A stretch of DNA of 39,634 nucleotides, from positions 1 through 39,634 of the forward strand of contig DAMAEI010000028.1 in NCBI GenBank assembly GCA_031997345.1, given 5' to 3'. The notes under the pieces were generated by a model. The model saw only the letters and a list, made by a program, of their open reading frames with translations, did no database searches and was not told where the DNA came from. The DNA comes from Sedimentibacter sp. (GTDB lineage Bacteria; Bacillota; Clostridia; Tissierellales; Sedimentibacteraceae). Each line of letters begins with the position of its first letter. Position 1 is the first letter of the stretch. Below are positions 1 to 8,203 of the stretch, in pieces. Both the position numbers and the translations under genes were made by a program.

Positions 1-71
1 TATTTGCTCCTTTCGGAGCCCTTAGGGAGTCCCGGTTTTTGTCCGCACCCCCGTCCTCGATAAATAAATTT

Positions 72-230
72 TCACTGAATTATTAAAGCTTTATTTGCCT
101 TCAAAATATTGATGTTTATTTCCCTTTCGGCACACCAGCTTACTGCTGTTTGTCCGCTGCTTCTGCATTCTTCTACTATCTGTGCCCATTTCTTCAAATT
201 CATTTCATGGCTAATCTTCTTCATATTCAT
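72..230 (-). pseudogene. tnpA: IS66-family TnpA (accessory orfA) N-terminal remnant
   Basis: Manual translation MNMKKISHEMNLKKWAQIVEECRSSGQTAVSWCAEREINI... with AAAGGAG RBS upstream. Resembles the IS66 TnpA W..I..C..SG....WC pattern but stops before the YYW motif. Confidence 0.6.
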
Positions 231-389
231 GAGCTTAACTCCTTTAGTCTTTTTTAGTTTCTTATTTTCTCCAGCTATCTCTAACCGGATTTTCTTGGAG
301 TATTATCTCATCTTATTTCTTTGCTGTAAATATACCGGTAGGTTTGACGGTTACCATCTAAAAACCGACCTTCCATTTAGTTAGATTTT

Positions 390-414
390 TGTCTAACTTT
401 TGGGGGTCGGCTCA
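390..414 (-). mobile_element. Orphan IS3-family terminal inverted repeat
   Basis: Minus strand reads TGAGCCGACCCCCAAAAGTTAGACA, resembling the TG...ACCCCAAAAGTTAGACA ends of IS3/IS150-group elements. No intact transposase follows. Confidence 0.55.
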
Positions 415-438
415 AAATTCGGCTGTTTTTATAGCCGA
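414..438 (-). terminator. Putative intrinsic terminator after the DUF262 gene
   Basis: TCGGCT/AGCCGA stem followed by ATTTT on the minus strand, about 30 nt after the stop codon. Confidence 0.4.
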
Positions 439-467
439 TCCATTCTATATACGTTAAATAAAACAAA

Positions 468-2423
468 TTAACGTTTTATTTTGTCAATTACTTCATTTAA
501 TACATTTCTCGCATATTCTATGTATTGTTCTTTAAAATCCCTAACAAAAAACAAATATAAATTATCTTGGAAGTTATTTTCATCTACATCTTTTTGCATG
601 TTATCACTAATGTTTTTTATATTATTAATAATCATTTTAGAATAGTCACATTCTAAGTCACTGGGATTAATTAACTGTATTTTTTGTGGCAACCAGTAAT
701 TTTTTAAATTATTATTTAAGTCTCTGCTTATAAAAATAAAATTAAACAAACTATTTATATACTTATTATAAACCTCGTTTACATGAATGTAATCTTTTTC
801 TTGTCCGTTACAAACAATTTTCATTGCCCTTCCTCTCGATTCGCTTATAATGAAATGTTCTGTAGTGAAATCATCATCTATAACAAAGCGCTTTACATTA
901 TCTAAACTCCCACTAATAGTAACCTTATTATCTTCAATCCTAAAAAAATTATAAATAGTAGCCAAGGATTTACATCTAAATCTATAATCTTCATCATCTT
1001 CATTTATACCTTGCTTGAATTGGGAAATAATTTTATTATCAGTAATTTTATCTGGTGTAAAATAAGAATTTATTTGTTTTACAGTTTCTGTATACCAGTC
1101 ATCATTTGATGCTTTTAATGTACTCATAAATACATCTTTGCTTTTATTATTTTCGAAAATAATAAATAGAATAGAAAGTAAGTATACACCATATATCTTT
1201 TTATATTCAACTTTACTCCTTGGTTCGTTATTAATAAGAACTGAGAGTATATATTTCATCACTAATGCCTTAGGAAGTATTTTCTCATCCTTAAGAATTT
1301 TTCCTATAAAGTTGTGAATTATTCTTAGTTCACTATTGTCTATTCGAACTGTTCTATTATTTTCTGGAAGACATAAAAACAATTCATTAAAATTATCATT
1401 TATAGAGTCATTTGCGACAATATTTATCATTATATCAATAACTTTATTTAATTTTCTCAGTGATTTTAACATGTGTGAATTGTTATTAATAACCTCAATA
1501 ATATGTGTTCTTGCTCTATATTTAATAGGATTATCTTCATGTGTTTTAAATTCACTTTTCAATAAAAAGTCTTCATCAAATACTAGGCCTTTAAATTTAA
1601 CATCATTATAAAGATCACAAAAAAAATAATGTTCCAGAAGTTTCAATAATGGATATTTCATCTTCGTATTCTCAATTCGAGATACATTTCTTTTCAGGGT
1701 ATACCACTCTTCTCGAATATCGGACCCTGAGTCTTTCCTAAATAAGTACGCCTTGAAAATATCTTCTGTATCTAATTGCTTTCCTTTTAAGTTTACATCA
1801 ATAAAATAGCGTATGCCATCTTTTAGATCATCAGATCTATTTAAAATTATATTTATGTTACTTTTCTCTAAATTTTCTATAAATAAAGAAGCTTCACGCC
1901 TATTAGTGATACATTCCATGGTTTTAATATGATTCCATAAATCATAATATTTGTTTGTTTGATTCAATTTGTCAGAGCATAAGATTTCTATATTCAAATC
2001 ATTCTTGTTAGGAAAATTATTTTCAACTATTTTTTCATATCCAATAAAACTTTCTATACTCAATTTACACGGAACAATTGTTTCAATTTGACCGTTATGA
2101 AGGTTCCTCAAACAAGAAAGTATCATCGATAACACCGTTATACGCTGTTGTCCATCTATAATCAAAAATTTATTTTCATCTATCTTTTGTGTAAGTATAA
2201 TATTTCCAAGATACTTAGGACCTGACCTTATATCTTCTATTAACTGCGATATATTGTCTTTATCCCATCTAATTTCTCTCTGAAAATCAGGAATAATATA
2301 TTCACGATCTTTTTGCAAAGACAAAATCTCTTTCATAGATCCATTTACTTGAACTTGAATTGTTTCATTATTATTTGATAAAAATTTTCGCAGTGGAGCT
2401 ATAATACCAATTAGCTCTGGCAT
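468..2423 (-). CDS. DUF262 + C-terminal HNH-like (DUF1524-type) protein; GmrSD/SspE-like modification-dependent nuclease
   Basis: IPDFQREIRW, IIDGQQR and FIDVNLKG DUF262 motifs. C-terminal TEHFI...NSLFNFIFISRDLNNNLKN resembles the EH...N..N His-Me finger. GGAGG RBS before ATG 2423. Confidence 0.8.
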   Translation of the reverse strand: MPELIGIIAPLRKFLSNNNETIQVQVNGSMKEILSLQKDREYIIPDFQREIRWDKDNISQLIEDIRSGPKYLGNIILTQKIDENKFLIIDGQQRITVLSMILSCLRNLHNGQIETIVPCKLSIESFIGYEKIVENNFPNKNDLNIEILCSDKLNQTNKYYDLWNHIKTMECITNRREASLFIENLEKSNINIILNRSDDLKDGIRYFIDVNLKGKQLDTEDIFKAYLFRKDSGSDIREEWYTLKRNVSRIENTKMKYPLLKLLEHYFFCDLYNDVKFKGLVFDEDFLLKSEFKTHEDNPIKYRARTHIIEVINNNSHMLKSLRKLNKVIDIMINIVANDSINDNFNELFLCLPENNRTVRIDNSELRIIHNFIGKILKDEKILPKALVMKYILSVLINNEPRSKVEYKKIYGVYLLSILFIIFENNKSKDVFMSTLKASNDDWYTETVKQINSYFTPDKITDNKIISQFKQGINEDDEDYRFRCKSLATIYNFFRIEDNKVTISGSLDNVKRFVIDDDFTTEHFIISESRGRAMKIVCNGQEKDYIHVNEVYNKYINSLFNFIFISRDLNNNLKNYWLPQKIQLINPSDLECDYSKMIINNIKNISDNMQKDVDENNFQDNLYLFFVRDFKEQYIEYARNVLNEVIDKIKR

Positions 2424-2652
2424 ATTGTATGTCCTCCTAAATTTATCTCTTCGAATTATAAAGTAAATGAATTACCCATTTTATATATTATAGCATATTT
2501 TGTAAAAAAATGAAAAAATAAATAAAATTGATATTTTATGCCGTTCTATACTATAATTAAAATTTACATCTTTTCATATTATTTAGTATTGAATAATGTT
2601 TCAGAATTATTTTATTATGTAATTGTATATTTCCACGTTGAAAATAACAATA

Positions 2653-3042
2653 TTACGAAATAACGCTTTTGTTCCAAATTGAATAACCCTGTATCCTCGC
2701 AGAATCATAAATAGGCTTGAGACGCTGTTCCAATATTCCAATAAAATCATTTCTTTCTAAATTCAAAATGTATAATTCCTCATTTGCCCACAGGGATATC
2801 AAATTGTCTCTTTGACATTTCATAAATTTGTCTACATACATGTTCTTATTAAAAATCAAATTATATAACATATACTGATTTGATGCAAAAGGAAAGAAAT
2901 ATTCATTCCAATCAGGTAGCTTATTACTCTTACTACTGTTTAAAGAACTATTCATCGGCAATAAATTCCACAACTCATCATTAGCTATGTATGTCCAAGG
3001 AACAAAGTGATCAATATCATACTTTTTAGAGTCAATATTCCT
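2653..3042 (-). pseudogene. HNH endonuclease, C-terminal fragment
   Basis: Frame is open from 3042: RNIDSKKYDIDHFVPWTYIANDELWNLLPMNSSLNSSKSNKLP (IDH...N...N HNH core). No start codon/RBS upstream of the HNH core; N-terminus missing. Confidence 0.7.
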
Positions 3043-3588
3043 TCATAACATCTTCTGAAATCCATTGTTCAACCAAGATTAGTCCAGAATTAGAATATAT
3101 TTTTTCGAATCTTTCCTCTGTCATATCTGTATAATACTTCGATTCTCTAATTCCCTCAAAATCACCATATTTAAAGGAAACATATAAGAATCCATTTACT
3201 TTGAGCGCCATTTCGATTTTTGCCAAGATATCCACTAAATTTATATATTTTACATGCAAAAGTGAGGCGCACGCCCAAATCGCGTCATATTTATTATACT
3301 CTTTCAAATCTGTAAAATGTAGATTTGTTACTTTTATAGAACTGTTTTTAGACACTAATTCACACATCTTCTTCGAACCATCGATTGCATCCACAATATA
3401 TCCTTGATTCATAAAATAATATGAATCTCTTCCAGAACCACAACCAAGGTCCAAAATATATGAATCTTTTGGTATGTATCGTAAAAATTTCGCATATAAC
3501 ACACTCATATTCAAATCTTTCGTATCCAAAATATATTCTTCCGCATTTGTATTATAAAAATCTTCTGTTTTTTTTCTTCTGCAAACAT
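3032..3588 (-). pseudogene. Class I SAM-dependent methyltransferase (TehB-like), frameshifted and C-terminally truncated
   Basis: ILDLGCGSGRD motif I and IWACASLLH. GAGGGGGAG RBS and ATG at 3588 are out of frame with the body because of an A8 tract (T8 at 3568-3575). Ends abruptly at EDVMKEY. Confidence 0.75.
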
Positions 3589-3605
3589 GGGCTCCCCCTC
3601 AATCT

Positions 3606-4259
3606 CTAAAATACTATTTTAAATTTCTTTTCAAGTCCTTCCCTCTTTATCCAGTTATCAATTGATTCAGTCAAGTCAAACAAACTAACTTGTTTAGCAT
3701 TGACCTTACTTAAAAACTCAATAATATTTGGCTCCAATCTTAATGATTCTTTAAGCATCTTAGCCTCTTCAATACCAGAAATATACATTGCAAGATTTTT
3801 TTTATTATCAATTACCTTTTTTCCTTGAAGTATTTTGTTTATAACTTGTGCAGTCTTGTCCCTATTTGGTGTAATTTCTATTATAGTATTTAGAATGTTT
3901 ATTTGTTCAGATGAATTAGCCTCATAATATACATTCCATTCCTGCCTACACCATTCATCTATATTTTTACTTGAATCTGCTAATTTTTTATTATTAATTG
4001 CATCACTCATTTGATTTTTATATGATTCAATCAGATTTAAGTTAAATTCCTCATATTCTTCTATTATCCTATATGATGGTATAATATTAAGTCTTTCAAA
4101 CAGTTCTATGACAATTTCTATAATACCTTCATGCTCTCGCAGTATATCATCAAGGGTTTTCTCTAAAACATTTTGACGCTCTTTGTTATCTGCTATTTTC
4201 TTAAGTGAGTCATATTCCTCTAAATCCCTTACAACCTCATCAAGCTTATCAATTAACAT
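3606..4259 (-). CDS. Hypothetical helical protein, DpdI-like by position and size
   Basis: 217-aa ORF starting 1 nt after the ATPase stop. No catalytic motifs recognised; the assignment is syntenic inference. Confidence 0.5.
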   Translation of the reverse strand: MLIDKLDEVVRDLEEYDSLKKIADNKERQNVLEKTLDDILREHEGIIEIVIELFERLNIIPSYRIIEEYEEFNLNLIESYKNQMSDAINNKKLADSSKNIDEWCRQEWNVYYEANSSEQINILNTIIEITPNRDKTAQVINKILQGKKVIDNKKNLAMYISGIEEAKMLKESLRLEPNIIEFLSKVNAKQVSLFDLTESIDNWIKREGLEKKFKIVF

Positions 4260-4260
4260 A

Positions 4261-7200
4261 CTACGTTCTCCATTTCTTAATATTCTCCGCTATTTTTTCG
4301 GTTAAGCATTTAATTTTCTCCTGCCTAGAATCATCCCATAAAACATTTGAATCAACAACTAATTGATTTTTACGATTAGATACTTCTATTTTCATGTGTT
4401 TAACGTCATCTTCAAGCATTTCCAAAAAATCTGTTAGCATCTTCACTTTCTTTATTGGGTCTTGTGAGAATAACATTATTACTTCTATATAATCATCTGA
4501 ACTAATAGCTTTATTTATGTTTTTTACAGCATTAATAATTCTGTTATTTTCACTAAGTATTACTTTAATAGTATCATCTTTTGAATTAATATTGAAATTA
4601 TGTTTTGAAAAACTATTATAAAACTTTCGCCCCTTTGCGCAAATTTCTTCAATATCATCATCAAATATTTCATATGTACCAAGATACTTCTCGATCTTCC
4701 CCATATATATTTTAGCTAATTTGAGTTCTTCTGGAACTACACTATTCTTTATATTCTCTTCGTTCTCTTTTTCTGTTATAATCAACTCTCTAGTCTTTGC
4801 AAACATGTTAGTTGTTTCAATGTTTGGATAATTTATAACCAACCTTGCATTCAATAATGCCTTTATTCTATTTTCTAATGGAGCATAGTTTATAAAGACT
4901 TTATCCGTGTAATCTTTACCAATATCCCCTTGATACAAATTATAGAAATATTTTACCGCTGTTTTATAGCTATCAATTCCCTTTCCATTAATGTTTTTAG
5001 TCTCTCTTTTATAAATGTTTTCCATCAAAGAATTCCATGCTTTTGAGTGTTGATTATCTTTCCTATAATTAATAACTTTATTACAAATAATTGCTTCCGG
5101 AGTAATGTCTTTTGTTGATAACGTAACTTCCTTATACTGTCCAAACAAAATCATTCTATATATTTCTGCTGCACAAGCTATTTCAAAAAAACAATCTTCT
5201 TGAGCAAGATTTTTTACCTTTTCTACAATGTCATTCTTAATAGAGTAATACCACGATTGTACTGTGTATAAAAGGTAAGTCCCTCCCTCGAATATCCATT
5301 TCTTCTTTCCGCTATATTGCCATGCAAGAAATGCACGAATAACCTTTGCTGTTGTGCTATCGCATTTTAGAATAATCAATCCATTATCAGCATTTGCTTT
5401 TTGTCTTTCAAACGAAACTAAATAACTATATTGAGAATTTCTTAATCTTATTACTGAGTCATATGATACCCCTTCATTCTGCCAATTTATTGAGTCATAT
5501 AAAAAGTTATTAATATTATCTCTAACCTCTTTAAACTTCTCAAATATTCCGCCTTGCAGCCAATTATCAACATCCTTATTTAACTCCTGATATTCTTTTT
5601 CTTCACGTGACAATGATGTTGGTTTTGGTGCTATAATAGGCTCAGATACGACCTGCTGGATACTCCCACCATTAACATTATTTCTTATATTTTCACCATG
5701 TTTTATCTTTCGTCCAGGAATCACCGGCATATCAAATTCTTTGAATATATCAATTGGAAGACCAGATAGATAAGTTACTCCATCTTTTTTTTCCGAACCA
5801 AGAGTCGCATTCCCCCAAACTCTAATAAACTTTTCAATTCTGTTTATCTGCTTTTCCTTCATTTTGTCATCATCTGGATATATTTTTTGTATATTTGAAG
5901 CTAAAATAGCACTATCCGCCTCACTCATTCTTGGCATTTCTTTAATCGTAATTTCTGGAAAATGATTTTTTCCAGTCATTACATCATGCATTACAGGTTC
6001 TATTACATCTCTTAATAAATATCTTGGAGTTTTATTTTCAAGAATTTCATACAACCATAAAATTGCAGAAAATGTAAATGGATATAGGGACACTTTTTTT
6101 CCTTTGACAATTTCATAATGTTCCCATTCTCCACCTTGCAATTCAGTGTGAATAGGATATTCTTCACTCTGTGCACCATTTGAAAACCACAGTTCCATTT
6201 GACTTTTGTCTAATGACATCGCATTCAAATATTTACCAACAAATTCAAATAATTCATTTTTATTTTGTCCAAATGGATTATCTTCCAGCTCTATTTGTGT
6301 TGTGATTCTATCCATAAAGTTTTTTTCGAAAGATTCATAATATGGAATTGTTGTGCCAACAAATGACGCAATTCTGCAAACTTCTTGTTTTTCATAATCT
6401 CCAGTATGCTCTGTAGCTAACACATTCAATAATGCTTTGTTAATACCTGTAAAAGAAGTAATATCTTCAATGAGTAGCGTAAGATTTTTATTTTTTATTT
6501 TTAACTCTTTGCGAATTTCAAAAAAGATTTTTTCAAAATCACCTGTTTTAATGCCTGCCGATGATTGAATAACCTCGTCAACAAATCCATTTAAAAACTC
6601 TATCACTTTACCTATTTTTTGAGGCTTTACATTTAGATTTTCTGCCATGCTAATTGCTTTTCTATCTGCTCCTTGTCTTGTCAATTCTTCACAAAATCTC
6701 AAATCTATTGTAAAATCTTCTTCAGTAAATAAAGCAATAATTTCATCGTTACCAGTAGCTAATTTGTCAGATACTTTTGCACATATTCTATCAATTGGAC
6801 CTCCCAATTCACACAACCTCGACTTAAACAAGTCATTTTGTAATAATGCCACTAATTCATCTTTAGTACTCTTTCTAAGTATTTTTGTATCCGTATCACT
6901 TTGGCTAATAGAAATAAATTTATTGTAAATATCATTTTTAAAACGTAGATCATCAATTGTTGCTGACGCTTTTACTAATCTCTCCAATATATCTTTATCC
7001 GGTATATCTGATACAGCCTCAAGTTTTAACAATTGTTCTATAGTTCTTTTTAAATTATTATCACTTCTTCTTATGAATAATATTTCTTCATGTGGATCGT
7101 CATCTTGTTTCAGCTTCGTAGCCATCCATCTTATTAAATGTGACTTTCCAACACCATTGCTTCCTTTAACAATCACAAACTGGTGCTTATTATCCTTGTT

Positions 7201-7404
7201 CCGTGCATATTTTTCAAAAATATCATTCTCAGACATATATGTAAAACGATTACTTTGAATTCCATTCCATCCATCATCAATCACTTTTATCTTTTTTAAT
7301 GGTACATGAGTTGCTATAAAATCTGCTGTTGAACTTGTAACTACATCTGTTTTAATAACTTCATTAATCCTTGTTTTTGCAATTTCAATATTCAAAATTC
7401 TCAC
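4261..7404 (-). CDS. Large P-loop ATPase, DpdH-like
   Basis: Walker A GSNGVGKSHLIRW and Walker B-like LLIEDIT. 1047 aa; GTGA overlap with the upstream gene; position after E/F/G-like genes. Confidence 0.7.
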   Translation of the reverse strand: MRILNIEIAKTRINEVIKTDVVTSSTADFIATHVPLKKIKVIDDGWNGIQSNRFTYMSENDIFEKYARNKDNKHQFVIVKGSNGVGKSHLIRWMATKLKQDDDPHEEILFIRRSDNNLKRTIEQLLKLEAVSDIPDKDILERLVKASATIDDLRFKNDIYNKFISISQSDTDTKILRKSTKDELVALLQNDLFKSRLCELGGPIDRICAKVSDKLATGNDEIIALFTEEDFTIDLRFCEELTRQGADRKAISMAENLNVKPQKIGKVIEFLNGFVDEVIQSSAGIKTGDFEKIFFEIRKELKIKNKNLTLLIEDITSFTGINKALLNVLATEHTGDYEKQEVCRIASFVGTTIPYYESFEKNFMDRITTQIELEDNPFGQNKNELFEFVGKYLNAMSLDKSQMELWFSNGAQSEEYPIHTELQGGEWEHYEIVKGKKVSLYPFTFSAILWLYEILENKTPRYLLRDVIEPVMHDVMTGKNHFPEITIKEMPRMSEADSAILASNIQKIYPDDDKMKEKQINRIEKFIRVWGNATLGSEKKDGVTYLSGLPIDIFKEFDMPVIPGRKIKHGENIRNNVNGGSIQQVVSEPIIAPKPTSLSREEKEYQELNKDVDNWLQGGIFEKFKEVRDNINNFLYDSINWQNEGVSYDSVIRLRNSQYSYLVSFERQKANADNGLIILKCDSTTAKVIRAFLAWQYSGKKKWIFEGGTYLLYTVQSWYYSIKNDIVEKVKNLAQEDCFFEIACAAEIYRMILFGQYKEVTLSTKDITPEAIICNKVINYRKDNQHSKAWNSLMENIYKRETKNINGKGIDSYKTAVKYFYNLYQGDIGKDYTDKVFINYAPLENRIKALLNARLVINYPNIETTNMFAKTRELIITEKENEENIKNSVVPEELKLAKIYMGKIEKYLGTYEIFDDDIEEICAKGRKFYNSFSKHNFNINSKDDTIKVILSENNRIINAVKNINKAISSDDYIEVIMLFSQDPIKKVKMLTDFLEMLEDDVKHMKIEVSNRKNQLVVDSNVLWDDSRQEKIKCLTEKIAENIKKWRT

Positions 7405-8201
7405 CTCCTAATTATAATGTGGGATAATTCTGTAAGAATATCATGTGCCTCCATTACATACAAATACCATACATTACTAGCATCCATTTTGTATTTCATC
7501 TCAATGACACCAGTATCATGTAACATTCTTAATCCATTAGACAATCCGAGATTTAGATGTTTATCTTCCCCATAAATATCAATTGCTTCACTAATATATG
7601 GATATATTTCCTGAAAGAATTCATTTGCAATATATTCTTTATTTTTTTCTAATTTTGATAACTCTATTGCGTCACAAATATTTATATACATATTGGGCAA
7701 AAAACCATTTTTATGTAGTATTCCAAGACCAATAAATGTTGCCCAGAATCTCCATGCTAAAATATCTCTTTTAGGATCTAATTCAATTTTAACATTAGCT
7801 TCCTGCTGCAGTTTATACCATGCATCTCCAGTAAAACTGTCATAGCCTAGAACTTTTTCGTTTGCAGCTAACATAGTTGCACTGACTTTATAAAACAAGC
7901 TGTCTTTCTTGGCAATGATAATAGGCATTACATATTTTCTAAATGAATCTAAATTTGATAGTACCTTTTTCTCCACCAACAATACACATTTCTTATTTTC
8001 TTCTTTTACCAAATCCAATTCTATAGCTGCAGTGTAAACATTATTAAAATATAAGTTATTAACTTCATTTTCGCCTGAGATATATGTCTTTTCCAAAATA
8101 TCTCTTAAAGTATCCTTTTTTAAACTTCCAGGTATAAGAACGCAGCACAATGCATACACCCTTTCTGGGATGGCTTCCTTAAACATTTTATCTTTGAACA
8201 T
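7401..8201 (-). CDS. Hypothetical protein, DpdG-like by position and size
   Basis: 266 aa between the RecQ-like helicase and the ATPase. Contains WRFWATFIGLG and LSNGLRMLHDTGVI (winged-helix-like) segments. Confidence 0.55.
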   Translation of the reverse strand: MFKDKMFKEAIPERVYALCCVLIPGSLKKDTLRDILEKTYISGENEVNNLYFNNVYTAAIELDLVKEENKKCVLLVEKKVLSNLDSFRKYVMPIIIAKKDSLFYKVSATMLAANEKVLGYDSFTGDAWYKLQQEANVKIELDPKRDILAWRFWATFIGLGILHKNGFLPNMYINICDAIELSKLEKNKEYIANEFFQEIYPYISEAIDIYGEDKHLNLGLSNGLRMLHDTGVIEMKYKMDASNVWYLYVMEAHDILTELSHIIIRR

Positions 8202-8203
8202 TT

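Noticed and set aside
109..384. 91-aa plus-strand ORF
   Set aside because: Antisense to IS remnants, no RBS and no recognisable motif.
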